From the NCBI GenBank assembly GCA_963764515.1, contig CAVXSS010000001.1:911373-975372 (forward strand): a stretch of DNA of 64,000 bases, written 5' to 3'. Below, piece by piece: positions 47,563-56,921 of this stretch. Source of the DNA: an uncultured Chloroflexia bacterium (GTDB lineage: Bacteria; Chloroflexota; Limnocylindria; Limnocylindrales; CSP1-4). Below the pieces are notes generated by a model. That model worked only from the letters and a program-made list of their open reading frames with translations, was not told where the DNA came from and ran no database searches. Position numbers and translations under genes: made by a program. Numbering within the stretch: the first letter of the stretch is position 1; each line of letters starts with the position of its first letter.

Positions 47563-48615
47563 TCAGGCGCGTTCGGCGACCGCGCTGGCGATGGCGCGAA
47601 GGTGCTCGGGCGTGCTCCCGCAACAGCCGCCGACGATCGTCGCGCCGGCGTCGCGCATCGCCAGGACCTGGGCGGCCATCGTCTCGGGATCGGCGCGATA
47701 GACCGCCCGCATGTCGACGAGCTCGGGCATCCCGGCGTTCGACTTGGCGACAAGGACGACGTCGGGCGCGGTCTCGTGCATCCTTGCGATGACCGGGATG
47801 AGCTCATCCGGGCCGTTCCCGCAGTTGCCGCCCACGGCATCGGCGCCCCAGGCGGACAGGGCTGCGACAGCCTCCTCGGGGGAGACGCCCATCATCGTGT
47901 GGCCGCGCGTGTCGAACGTCATCGTGGCCACGAGGGCGATGCCGGGTGCGGCCCGCCTGACGCCTTCGATCGCCGCCCTGGCCTCCGAGAGGTCGGACAT
48001 GGTCTCGATCCAGATGAGGTCCACGCCACCGGCCACGAGGGACGCCGCCTGCTCGCGGAAGACGTCAACGGCTTCGTCGTACGGCAGCGACCCGAGCGGT
48101 TCGACGATCTCGCCCGACGGGCCGATGTCGCCGGCGACGAGGGCGCCCCCACCCGCGGCCTCGACCTCCGCTCGGAGCAGGATCGCGGCCGTCCGGTTGA
48201 GGTCGTCGACGCGATCGGCGAGCCCATGCAGCCCGAGCCGAAGGCGATTCCCGCCGAACGTGTTCGTCATGAGGATCTGCGATCCCGCGTCGAGGTAGCC
48301 GCGGTGGATCCGGCGGATGACCTCGGGCTGCGTGAGGTTCCAGACCTCGGGCGGGTCGCCGAACTGCAGACCTGCCCCGAAGAGCATCGTCCCCATCGCC
48401 CCGTCGGCGACGACCGGGCTCCCGCGACCGAGCAGCTCGCGGAACCGGGCGCTCTCCGCACCGCCATCGAGGGCGAGACGGGTCTCGCGGTCGGGAAACG
48501 CCGCCTGGTCGACGAACGCGGCCTGCCCGGGCGATCGGTGCCCGTTCCCGTTCGAATCGCCTGTGGCGGCGGCCTCCAGCCGTCGCGCCCGGGTGCCCCG
48601 TCGGATGCCGTCCAT
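47563..48615 (-). CDS. Stand-alone homocysteine S-methyltransferase family protein (MetH Hcy-domain/BHMT-like)
   Basis: ADGAMGT, TNTFG, AGDIGPSG, IETM, GGNC and GGCCG zinc ligands. Confidence 0.88.
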   Translation of the reverse strand: MDGIRRGTRARRLEAAATGDSNGNGHRSPGQAAFVDQAAFPDRETRLALDGGAESARFRELLGRGSPVVADGAMGTMLFGAGLQFGDPPEVWNLTQPEVIRRIHRGYLDAGSQILMTNTFGGNRLRLGLHGLADRVDDLNRTAAILLRAEVEAAGGGALVAGDIGPSGEIVEPLGSLPYDEAVDVFREQAASLVAGGVDLIWIETMSDLSEARAAIEGVRRAAPGIALVATMTFDTRGHTMMGVSPEEAVAALSAWGADAVGGNCGNGPDELIPVIARMHETAPDVVLVAKSNAGMPELVDMRAVYRADPETMAAQVLAMRDAGATIVGGCCGSTPEHLRAIASAVAERA

Positions 48616-48671
48616 GGTGTCCCCATGATAGTCGTTGACAGCGACCCGGCCCCTCCCCCACCCTTCGCCCG

Positions 48672-48737
48672 ATGCATGACATCGACGCGCCGATGATCGC
48701 GACCACCGCGCAGCAGCAGCCCTGGAGGGCTCGCTGA
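48672..48737 (+). promoter_or_regulatory. Candidate leader peptide (MHDIDAP-MIATTAQQQPWRAR) with three tandem Gln codons
   Basis: In-frame ATGs at 48672 and 48693, CAG CAG CAG at 48711-48719, TGA at 48735. Lies upstream of a terminator-like hairpin and lysE. Confidence 0.5.
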
Positions 48738-48782
48738 CCTGACGCGCTGCGCCCGCCCGGGTGCCACCGAACAGGTACCCCG

Positions 48783-48819
48783 ACCGCCCTCAGCCAGCGA
48801 CGCTGAGGGCGGTTTCCTT
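48783..48819 (+). terminator. Attenuator-type terminator hairpin upstream of lysE
   Basis: ACCGCCCTCAGC/GCTGAGGGCGGT, a 12 bp perfect stem followed by TTCCTT, just before the lysE SD. Confidence 0.65.
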
Positions 48820-48835
48820 GTAGATGGAGGACGGC

Positions 48836-49453
48836 ATGGACCCCGCGCTCCTGGTGAGGGGCTTCGCTCTCGGCTTCGTGATCGCCGCCGGGGTCGGGCC
48901 GATCTCCCTGCTCGTGATCCGCCGCACGCTTGCGGAGGGGCGGGTCGTCGGGCTGGCGTCCGGGTTCGGTGTCGCGACGGCCGATGCGACGTATGGCGGG
49001 ATCGCCGCGTTCGGGCTGTCGGCGATCACCGAGGTGCTCGTGGGCAGCAGGCGCCTGCTGGGACTGGTCGGCGGCCTCTTCCTGCTCTGGCTCGCCTGGA
49101 ACGCCATGCGGTCGCGCCCGAGCACCGAGCCCCGCGTCGGTACACGGCGCGGAGGGCTCGCCGGCGCCTATCTCTCCATCCTTGGCCTGACGCTGGCCAA
49201 CCCGATGACCATCCTCTCGTTCGCGGCGCTCTTCGCCGGCTCCGGCATGACCGGCTCGAACGCCGCCGAGTCTGCGCTCATCACGGCGGGTGTCTTCGCC
49301 GGCTCGAGCGCGTGGTGGGTGGTCCTGACGAGCGCCATCGCGATCCTTCGGACACGGGTGACGCCGCGCTGGCTGCGGGCGGTCAGCGTCCTCTCCGGCC
49401 TGACGATCGGCGTCCTGGCGGTCGTGTCCATCCTGGCGGCGGTCCAAGGCTGA
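48836..49453 (+). CDS. LysE/ArgO-family amino-acid exporter
   Basis: SD GGAGG, GPISLL, G..TAD..YG, TLANP. Confidence 0.9.
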   Translation: MDPALLVRGFALGFVIAAGVGPISLLVIRRTLAEGRVVGLASGFGVATADATYGGIAAFGLSAITEVLVGSRRLLGLVGGLFLLWLAWNAMRSRPSTEPRVGTRRGGLAGAYLSILGLTLANPMTILSFAALFAGSGMTGSNAAESALITAGVFAGSSAWWVVLTSAIAILRTRVTPRWLRAVSVLSGLTIGVLAVVSILAAVQG

Positions 49454-49615
49454 CGGCGGACGAGGCCATCCTGATCATCTCAGGCTCGAGGCCCATCCGG
49501 GAACGGGTGCTGATGACGGCCCCATAGGGGCCGCACATCGGTGTCGATGATCGTTTCGGGGGGTACTACCGCCTGATATCGGACCCGCGCACGCGGCGTC
49601 TACGATCGGGTCCGC

Positions 49616-51532
49616 ATGAGACCCCTTCGAAACGCGCCGCTCGGGCGAGCGACCGCGAACCCCCGTGCGGACCCGTGGTCGCGACCGCCGGGCCAGGCAC
49701 GCTCGGCCATCCACGACCTCGGCCGCCACATGCCTCGCCTCTTCGGGGGGGCGATGTTCCTCGGGATCGGCCAGTTCATCGTCGGGGTCATCCTCCGTGA
49801 GCCGACGCTGATGGCTGCCGCGGTCCTGAGTGCTGCGTTCGGCCTCATGGTCATCGCGGTCGGCCGCCTGCTCCAGATGGGCCGTGACCAGTGGGCGAGC
49901 TCGCTCCTGGCCACCGGGGTGTTCGGCACGGGGCTCGTGGCGGCGATCCTGATCCCTGGGGCCGGCGCCACGCCGGCGATGCTGCCGATCCTGTCGGTGG
50001 TCCTGCTCCTGCCGGGCCGCAACCGACGCGTCATCGTCGCCATCCTGGCCGTGGCGATCGCCGGCAGTGGACTCGTACTCCTGTTGGGCAACGCGCCACA
50101 CCCTTTCCCGGCGCTGCGAGAGCCGATCGGGTCCGCATTCGAGGCGGCCACGCTGCTCGTCGTGGCCTTGCTGGTCCTGGGCGCCCTGGCCGACTTCGCC
50201 TTCCAGGCCCAGGAATCGCTCGATGGCTTGCGGGAGGCCATGCGATCGCAGGACGCCGTGTTCAGGGAGCGCAGCGCCATCATGGCTTCCCTCGGCAAGC
50301 TCGAGCGCCGCGACACGATCAAGGCCACCGCGGAGCTGATCGTTGACGCGCTCATGAAGCTGCCCGACATCGATCTGGCCGGGGTCCTGGCGTGTCGGGA
50401 CGACGGCGTCGAGATCCTGGCCGTGACCGGGCCGCCCGGCTTCCCCATGCATCAGGGCGACCGGGTGCCTGGAGCGCGCGCCCGGCACCTGCTCGACCGG
50501 ATGGTCGGCGGTCCGTGGGCCGAGCGCTGGACCAATGACCCGACGTACGAGCGCTACGGGGACGCGTTCACGGCGACCGGGATCAAGGGCCAGGCCTTTG
50601 CGCCGTTCTTCGACGGTGGCGTCCTGATCGGCGCCATCGCGATCGGCACCCTGTCAGACGCGCATGCTGAGCACCTCATCGCCGAGCTTCCGGCTGTCGC
50701 CGAGTTCGCGGCGACGGCTTCGCTCCTTCTGGCGCCGCTGCTGACCGAGCGACACGAGACGGCAGCCGCACGCGACGCCATCGAGGAGATCATCCAGTCC
50801 GGCGGGTATCGCCCGGTCTTCCAGCCGATCGTCGAGCTCGGGAGCGGCCGGACATTCGGGTTCGAGGCTCTCACGCGATTCGCGGATGGTCGGCGGCCGG
50901 ACCTCGTCTTCGAGGCCGCGGCTCGCGCGGGCCTCGGGCTGGAGCTCGAGCTCCGAACGCTCGAGGCGGCCATCCGCAGCTCGCACGATCTTCCGATCGG
51001 GACCTGGCTGAGCCTGAACGTCTCGCCCAGGCTCGTGGTCGAGGCCACCGGCCTGGCCCGCGTGCTCGGAGATCGCGATCGACCGCTCGTCCTCGAGATC
51101 ACCGAGCACGTCGCAATCGACGACTACCGCGCGGTGCGATCGGCGATCGACCGGCTCGGCGCCGACGTTCGGGTGGCGGTCGACGACGCCGGTGCGGGCA
51201 TCGCGAACTTCAGCCACCTCGTCGAGCTCCGGCCGCGGCTCGTCAAGGTCGATGCCAGCCTGATCCGCGACCTGGACACGGACCTCGCGAGGCAGGCCGT
51301 GGTGGTCGGCCTCGTGCACTTCGCGGCAAAGGCGGGCTGTGAGGTCATCGCCGAGGGGATCGAGACCGAGGCCGAGCGGGCGACCGCCCAGGCGCTCGGC
51401 GTCACACTCGGGCAGGGGTTCCTGATCGCGCGTCCAGCGCCGGTCGAGGACTTCATCGGATCGGCGACCGTGATGGCGGCGCCCCGCGCGAAGCGGGCGG
51501 CCCGGAGCCGGTCCAGGATGCCCGCCCTCTGA
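49616..51532 (+). CDS. Membrane EAL-domain c-di-GMP phosphodiesterase with GAF-like domain
   Basis: TM N-terminus, FQPIV, GFEALTR, LEITE, VDDAGAG, IAEGIET. Confidence 0.88.
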   Translation: MRPLRNAPLGRATANPRADPWSRPPGQARSAIHDLGRHMPRLFGGAMFLGIGQFIVGVILREPTLMAAAVLSAAFGLMVIAVGRLLQMGRDQWASSLLATGVFGTGLVAAILIPGAGATPAMLPILSVVLLLPGRNRRVIVAILAVAIAGSGLVLLLGNAPHPFPALREPIGSAFEAATLLVVALLVLGALADFAFQAQESLDGLREAMRSQDAVFRERSAIMASLGKLERRDTIKATAELIVDALMKLPDIDLAGVLACRDDGVEILAVTGPPGFPMHQGDRVPGARARHLLDRMVGGPWAERWTNDPTYERYGDAFTATGIKGQAFAPFFDGGVLIGAIAIGTLSDAHAEHLIAELPAVAEFAATASLLLAPLLTERHETAAARDAIEEIIQSGGYRPVFQPIVELGSGRTFGFEALTRFADGRRPDLVFEAAARAGLGLELELRTLEAAIRSSHDLPIGTWLSLNVSPRLVVEATGLARVLGDRDRPLVLEITEHVAIDDYRAVRSAIDRLGADVRVAVDDAGAGIANFSHLVELRPRLVKVDASLIRDLDTDLARQAVVVGLVHFAAKAGCEVIAEGIETEAERATAQALGVTLGQGFLIARPAPVEDFIGSATVMAAPRAKRAARSRSRMPAL

Positions 51533-51599
51533 GGGCAGCCGGATCGACCGCGGGCCGACCGCGATAGGCCGAAGACCGGCCGCGACTCCCTGCTTGCGA

Positions 51600-53417
51600 C
51601 TACAGGCCGATGACCTGGTTGCGCCCGGCCCGCTTGGCCTGCGACAGCCAGACATCTGCCTGGGACAGACCGGCTGACGTGCTCCGGTCCGCGCCGAGCT
51701 CCGCACAGCCCGCGGACACGGTGACCTGGATCCGCATGCCGGTTCCGACATCGATCGACGAGCGCTCCAGCGTGGCGCGGATGTCCTCGGCGATCCGGAT
51801 GGCGTCGGTCGAGGCGACGCCCTCGAGGACCGCCACGAATTCCTCGCCACCGTATCGCGCGACGAGGTCATGCTCGCGGAATTGATCGGTGAGCAGTTCC
51901 GAGAAGAAGCGCAGGACCGTGTCGCCCACCTGGTGCCCATGATCGTTGTTGACCTCGCCGAAGTGGTCGAGGTCGAAGATGATCACCGACACCGGCGGCC
52001 GCTCCTCGACTGGCAGGCGGCTCCAGCGTCCCTCGAGACGCTCGACTTCGGCATCGAAGAAGCGGCGGTTGTGGAGGCCGGTCAGCGGATCGCGGATGGT
52101 CCGCTCGCTGAGGGCCTCGTTGCGATGCTCGAGGACGCGCTGGCGCATCGCCCTGCGGTCCTCGCTGCGCTTCCGATCGGTGATGTCCCGGGCAACCCCG
52201 TAGACGACAGACAGGTCTGGCGTCGTGTGGGACATCCATTCGAGCCAGCGGTAGCTCCCATCGCGGTGCCGAAGGCAATTCTGGAAGCCGATGCTGACCT
52301 CGCCGTGCTCGTGCAAGCGTCGCAGTTCCGCGACGGTTCGCTCGAGGTCGTCGGGGTGGACGATATCGATGAACGGACGCCCGACGAGCCCACCGGCCGG
52401 ATACCCGAGCACGGTCTCCCAGGCCCGGTTGACCCGGCGGTAGCGTCCGTCCGAGCCGATCACGGACAACATGTCGAGCGACAGTTCGAAGAACCGGTCC
52501 CGCTCGATCTCGAGGGCGTCGCGCTTCGCCTCCAGTTCGCTCACCCAGCGAGCCGAGCGAAGGATCGCGATGACGCCGAGTGCCAGGATCCCGACGAGCA
52601 TGAGCGACGTGCCGAAGCTCGTGTCAAAGATGCCGAGCCGTTGTCCCTCCAGCCTCAGCCACGACATCACCACCGGGATCACGACCGACACCGCGAGCAG
52701 TCGCCGCAACAGGACCATCGTCGGCGAGCGGCCGGCCAGCAGGAGGAACGGGTTCGCCGGTCCGAGCAGCCCGAGGACGCCCAGCGAGAGGATCCCCATC
52801 GCGATGGCGGTGGTGAGGGCCATCTGCGTGTAGCCGGAGAGGATCGCGGGCGTCGTGGCCCCGAACACGAACTCGAAGACGTACAGGAGCGAGGTGGCCA
52901 GCGCGATGCCGGACAGCGAGATGGCAGTCCGCCGCGACCTCGGGGCGGCGAGGGCCGCGACGGCGAGCAGGATGAAGCAGATCGACGTCAGCGGCGACAT
53001 CCGTCCGGGCACGACCGTGCCGACCGCTCCGGCGGGATCCGCGAAGGCCAGCTGGTCGATGCCGAAGTCGATGCCGGTGACGTACTCCACCCCGGTCGCC
53101 AGCGCGATCGCCGCGGCCCCACCGATCAGGACGAACCCGATCGACCGACCCCGGGAGACGACCGTGCCACGGGACAGGAGGGCGGTGCCCCCGCCCATCA
53201 GGACGAAGCAGATGGCCGTGTTGGCTTTCATCGTGAGCAGTCCCGGGAGCATCGATTTGAGCACGTCGATGCCCAGGACCCAGCCGACCAGCGCGAGGAT
53301 CCCGATCGCGGCCGCCGCGGTCGCGGCCAACGTGGGCACACGGGACGTGCCCACGCGCCATGACCGGAGCCACGTCCAGACAGGACCGCTTCGAGCGGCC
53401 AGGCTTGGGGCGGTCAT
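51600..53417 (-). CDS. Membrane PAS-GGDEF diguanylate cyclase
   Basis: Multi-TM sensor, PAS (VHPDD), DPLTGLHN, RYGGEEF with REHD I-site. Start uncertain (53417 or upstream). Confidence 0.88.
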   Translation of the reverse strand: MTAPSLAARSGPVWTWLRSWRVGTSRVPTLAATAAAAIGILALVGWVLGIDVLKSMLPGLLTMKANTAICFVLMGGGTALLSRGTVVSRGRSIGFVLIGGAAAIALATGVEYVTGIDFGIDQLAFADPAGAVGTVVPGRMSPLTSICFILLAVAALAAPRSRRTAISLSGIALATSLLYVFEFVFGATTPAILSGYTQMALTTAIAMGILSLGVLGLLGPANPFLLLAGRSPTMVLLRRLLAVSVVIPVVMSWLRLEGQRLGIFDTSFGTSLMLVGILALGVIAILRSARWVSELEAKRDALEIERDRFFELSLDMLSVIGSDGRYRRVNRAWETVLGYPAGGLVGRPFIDIVHPDDLERTVAELRRLHEHGEVSIGFQNCLRHRDGSYRWLEWMSHTTPDLSVVYGVARDITDRKRSEDRRAMRQRVLEHRNEALSERTIRDPLTGLHNRRFFDAEVERLEGRWSRLPVEERPPVSVIIFDLDHFGEVNNDHGHQVGDTVLRFFSELLTDQFREHDLVARYGGEEFVAVLEGVASTDAIRIAEDIRATLERSSIDVGTGMRIQVTVSAGCAELGADRSTSAGLSQADVWLSQAKRAGRNQVIGL

Positions 53418-53553
53418 TCGGGCGAAGGGTGCCGGCGATGCGGTTGATGGGACATTCGCGCGGAGCGTGGCATGCGCGGGGGTGCCGGTTAACCCCCCTA
53501 AAGTCCCCAGATTCGACACTGACGACAGACAGTCCGTGTCAGTCAGTGCACAG

Positions 53554-53991
53554 TCAGCCCAGGAACGGAGACGGCTTTCCTGACTCCGCGTACGCCTTGA
53601 GCGCCCCCACGATCCGGCCCCACGTGTAGTTCACGCGTGCGTATTCCTCCGCCGGGAAGGCGTCGCCCCAGCTGTCGTGACGGAAGGCCACGGCCGTCCC
53701 GCTGCCCGACGGCGCGGGCAAGAGCGACCAGGTGACGGTCGTGCCGGCCCACTGCGGGAAGTCACCGAGACATGACCATCGGATGGTCCGCCCCGGTTCC
53801 AGTGTGTCGATCCGCATCCGCAGGTCCACCGGGGCGGCCGGGAAGCCGAAACGGGCGATCGACCCGACGACCGGCTCGATGTCGCAGTCGGACGTCCAGA
53901 AGGCGGCCTCGCCGGGCTTCGTCGTGATGGCCTCGTAGATCGTCTGCGCGTCGGCAGCCACATCCACGGTGTGGAGCATCGGTCCGTTCAT
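53554..53991 (-). CDS. SRPBCC (START-like) domain protein
   Basis: SD AGGAGG, IYEAITT..G..FW, LEPGRTIRWSC, W..IVGALKAYAESG. Confidence 0.85.
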   Translation of the reverse strand: MNGPMLHTVDVAADAQTIYEAITTKPGEAAFWTSDCDIEPVVGSIARFGFPAAPVDLRMRIDTLEPGRTIRWSCLGDFPQWAGTTVTWSLLPAPSGSGTAVAFRHDSWGDAFPAEEYARVNYTWGRIVGALKAYAESGKPSPFLG

Positions 53992-53993
53992 CG

Positions 53994-54197
53994 TCAACCT
54001 CCTGCAGATTTGGGTGTTCCCCGGCCCGGGGCATCCGCCTCGAGCTGTTCCCGGAGGTGTCGCAGATCGGCCTCCAGGCTCCGTTTGATCTGGCGACTCA
54101 CGATCGGCTGCGCGAGACGCATGAGCACGCCATACCCGCCGGTGACCCGCAGGCTGACCCGTGAGCCGGATGGATCTGGTTCGACGCCATAGGTCAC
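53994..54197 (-). pseudogene. C-terminal fragment of a second SRPBCC/polyketide-cyclase-like protein
   Basis: TYGVEPDPSGSRVSL..LAQPIVSRQIKRSLEADLRHLREQLE resembles an SRPBCC C-terminal helix. The N-terminal half is absent. Confidence 0.5.
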
Positions 54198-54258
54198 GCG
54201 CCATCATCGTGGTGCGAGCCGTCATTCGATCGTCACGCGCCGCAATCAGGGTTGAGCC

Positions 54259-54918
54259 GTGCCAGACAGAACGCGTTGGCGAACCGGACCTCTGTCCTTC
54301 GTGCAGGTCGCATTGCTCATGGCCGTGGTGCTGGCTGCCTGTACGCCTGCCAGCGCGATCAGAACGCCCGTCACCGCCGACGCGACGGCCACTCCGCCCG
54401 CTCCCTCGCCCGTGGCCAGCGCGGCGGACGCGCCTGGGACGCCGACCGCCGCGCCGGTCGCTGCGATGACTCAGCCGTGGGCCACGGCACCGGTGGTCGA
54501 TGTTCGGACGGGCGAGACGTTCCGGATCGCTGACATCGTCGCCGAGGGCACCGTCGTGATCGTCGAGACGATGGCGATCTGGTGCCCGAACTGCCAGCGG
54601 CAGGGCACCGAGGTGCAGGCGGCCCTGGCCGAGCTCGGGCCGGCGACCAGGGTCACCTACGTGGTCCTCGACGTCGATCTTCACGAGGACGCCACCGCTC
54701 TGGCCGCCTACCAGACGCAGAACCGGTTCGACGGCAAGTACGCGATCGCCGGGATCCCGGTGGCACGTGCTCTGGCCGAGGAGTTCGGAGCGAACATGCT
54801 CAACCCGCCGCTCACGCCGATCGTCATCGTCGGGACCGATGGTATCGGGACGCTGACGGCCTACGGAGCCAAGAGCTCCGAACAGATCGTCATGCTCGTC
54901 CGGGATGCCGGGGCCTAG
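54259..54918 (+). CDS. Thioredoxin-fold redoxin lipoprotein (TlpA/ResA-like)
   Basis: LAAC, PST linker, WCPNC active site, PPLTP. Start uncertain. Confidence 0.8.
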   Translation: MPDRTRWRTGPLSFVQVALLMAVVLAACTPASAIRTPVTADATATPPAPSPVASAADAPGTPTAAPVAAMTQPWATAPVVDVRTGETFRIADIVAEGTVVIVETMAIWCPNCQRQGTEVQAALAELGPATRVTYVVLDVDLHEDATALAAYQTQNRFDGKYAIAGIPVARALAEEFGANMLNPPLTPIVIVGTDGIGTLTAYGAKSSEQIVMLVRDAGA

Positions 54919-55594
54919 CCTGGAAGGTTTGTGGCTCGCATTCACCTTGGGGCTCGCAAGCGCGAGCAGTCCTTGCTTATTGCCGCTCTACCCGGCATTC
55001 ATCGCTTATCTCGGGGCGAACGCCCAGGTCCTCGAAGGCCGCCGGGCGACCGGAGTCCTCGGGCTGATCGTCCTCGCCGGGGTCCTCACGACGATGACGC
55101 TGGCGAGCCTCGTCCTCGTCGCCGTCGCCATCCCGACGAGCCGGCTGCTCGTCTACGTGACCCCGCTCGTCGATGGGCTACTCATCGCTCTTGGGGCTCT
55201 GCTCATCGTCGGGCGCAACCCGTTCTACCGGCTGCCAGCGGTCCGGGTTCCGGTCCTTGCCAACCCGTTCGGGCAGGCATACGTGTATGGCGTCCTGCTC
55301 GGTCCACTCGCGTTCCCGTGCGCCGGACCGTTCCTGGTCTCGCTGCTGGCCATCTCCGTGGGCATCGCCGACGCGGCTGGCCGGCTCTCGACGTTCCTCG
55401 TCTTCGGCCTGGGCTTCGGGCTGCCCCTGGTGCTGCTTTCGGTGCTGGCTGCCTCGGGCGGCCAGGCAGTGATCCAGTCGCTCGTCGCACGCCACCGCTG
55501 GATCGAGGTCGGCTCCGGCGCGCTGCTCATCGGCGCCGCGACCTTCGACCTCGTCGACAAGTGGGACTCGATCCGGCTGACGCTCGGTCTCTGA
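54905..55594 (+). CDS. ccdA: CcdA/DsbD transmembrane electron-transfer protein
   Basis: SPCLLPLYPAF and FPCAGP conserved Cys-Pro motifs, 6 TM segments. Confidence 0.88.
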   Translation: MPGPSLEGLWLAFTLGLASASSPCLLPLYPAFIAYLGANAQVLEGRRATGVLGLIVLAGVLTTMTLASLVLVAVAIPTSRLLVYVTPLVDGLLIALGALLIVGRNPFYRLPAVRVPVLANPFGQAYVYGVLLGPLAFPCAGPFLVSLLAISVGIADAAGRLSTFLVFGLGFGLPLVLLSVLAASGGQAVIQSLVARHRWIEVGSGALLIGAATFDLVDKWDSIRLTLGL

Positions 55595-55644
55595 TCAAGG
55601 CCCCGTCCATCGAAAGGTGAATGGCGCGTCGACGGGCATAGCCC

Positions 55645-56106
55645 CTACGGTTCGACCTCATGCGGTATCTCGACAGACCCATCCGGACCTCGTCCGCCAT
55701 TGACGTACGCGTTCGCGAGGGCTGCGCGGCTGGGCAGTTCGGTCTTGACCAGGATCCGGTGGACGTGCTCCTTGACCGTCGAGACCTGCACCCCAAGGCG
55801 TCCGGCGATCTCCTTGTTCGCCAGGCCCGCGGCGACCAGGCCAGCGACCTCGAACTCTCGTGGCGTGAGCGCGGCGAGGGCCGGGGAGGGCCGTGGTCCG
55901 ATCGGCACCCGGAAGATGAGGAGCGGCATGCCGAGATCAGCACTCGCTTCGTAGTCGACCGTCAGCCCCGCGTCGCCTGGCGCCGCGTCGTGGACGCCAA
56001 GGATCGCCCGGCGTGGAAGGGTCGGGGCAGGACGACCAGCGTCACGAACCGCGTCACGAAGTCGGAGCAGGTCTTCGCGTCGGAGCCGGCCCGGATCACG
56101 TCCCAT
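55645..56106 (-). CDS. LuxR-family HTH regulator without receiver domain
   Basis: LTPREFEVAGLVAAGLANKEIAGRLGVQVSTVKEHVHRIL. Divergent from the NTF2-like gene. Confidence 0.75.
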   Translation of the reverse strand: MGRDPGRLRREDLLRLRDAVRDAGRPAPTLPRRAILGVHDAAPGDAGLTVDYEASADLGMPLLIFRVPIGPRPSPALAALTPREFEVAGLVAAGLANKEIAGRLGVQVSTVKEHVHRILVKTELPSRAALANAYVNGGRGPDGSVEIPHEVEP

Positions 56107-56144
56107 GTCGGGACTGTAGCAACTGCGATGGAGGAGGTACGGAC

Positions 56145-56513
56145 ATGAGCGTGCGCAGCGAGCGTGGGATCGTCGAGGGGTACTACCGAGCCATGGAGGC
56201 GGGCTCGAAGGAACAGATGGACGGGTTGTTCACCGAGGACGCGGTCTACTCGGAGCCATTCTCGAAGGGCGGATCGCCGACGACGCACGAGGGCCGAGAC
56301 GCGATCGTCGGCTGGCTCGCGGCGTCGTTCGAACAAGGGAACAAGGGCGTGACCATCACCCTCGACCGGTTGGACGTCGATGGGAACGCCATCCTCGCCG
56401 AGTGGACATGCGTCGGGCCGATGCTGCCGGGTCCCATGAAAGGCCACGATCGGTACCAGGTGAGGGACGGCCGCATCGCCAGTCTGGAGACGAGGCTGGG
56501 TCCCGCAGACTGA
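56145..56513 (+). CDS. NTF2/SnoaL-like protein
   Basis: SD GGAGGAGG, YYRAME, LFTEDAVY.EP, GRDAI, VRDGRIA. Confidence 0.85.
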   Translation: MSVRSERGIVEGYYRAMEAGSKEQMDGLFTEDAVYSEPFSKGGSPTTHEGRDAIVGWLAASFEQGNKGVTITLDRLDVDGNAILAEWTCVGPMLPGPMKGHDRYQVRDGRIASLETRLGPAD

Positions 56514-56708
56514 GCGGTCGTGACCCGTTCACCGGGCTGTGACGGCGTCTCGTCCAGAAGACGGGGCAATGGCGGAAGCGGCAGCTAATGCGTCCGTGTC
56601 GCCCGCTCCCGTACAGCGTCGCGCGCGGCCAACATTGGCGCGAGGCACGATCTCGGTGAGGAGGAACCCCGGGGTCAGTCGACCATCTCGGGGCGGCGGC
56701 GAACGCGT

Positions 56709-56784
56709 TGGTCGGGGAGGTGGGACTCGAACCCACGATCTCGTGCTCCCAAAGCACGTGCGTTGCCGACTACGCTACTCCCCG
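56709..56784 (-). tRNA. tRNA-Pro (anticodon TGG)
   Basis: CGGGGAG acceptor stem, anticodon arm CGTGC-TT-TGG-GA-GCACG, GGTTCGAGTCC T-arm, encoded CCA. 76 nt. Confidence 0.97.
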
Positions 56785-56795
56785 GCGGCCGCCCC

Positions 56796-56801
56796 ATCAT
56801 A
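56796..56801 (-). promoter_or_regulatory. -10 box (TATGAT) for tRNA-Pro(TGG)
   Basis: TATGAT on the minus strand 11 nt upstream of the tRNA 5' end. Confidence 0.5.
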
Positions 56802-56921
56802 CGGCCAACCTCGGACGGCCTGATCAACCACCGCACGAGACAGCCCCGGACCGTCCCTCTCGGTACGCAACGCCACCAGACGGCACCTGCCATAGACTCG
56901 GGACATGCACGGTGGCGTGGG

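Noticed and set aside
53420-56708. att duplication of the tRNA-Pro(TGG) 3' end
   Set aside because: No second copy of TGGTCGGGGAGGTGGG was found by eye in the window.
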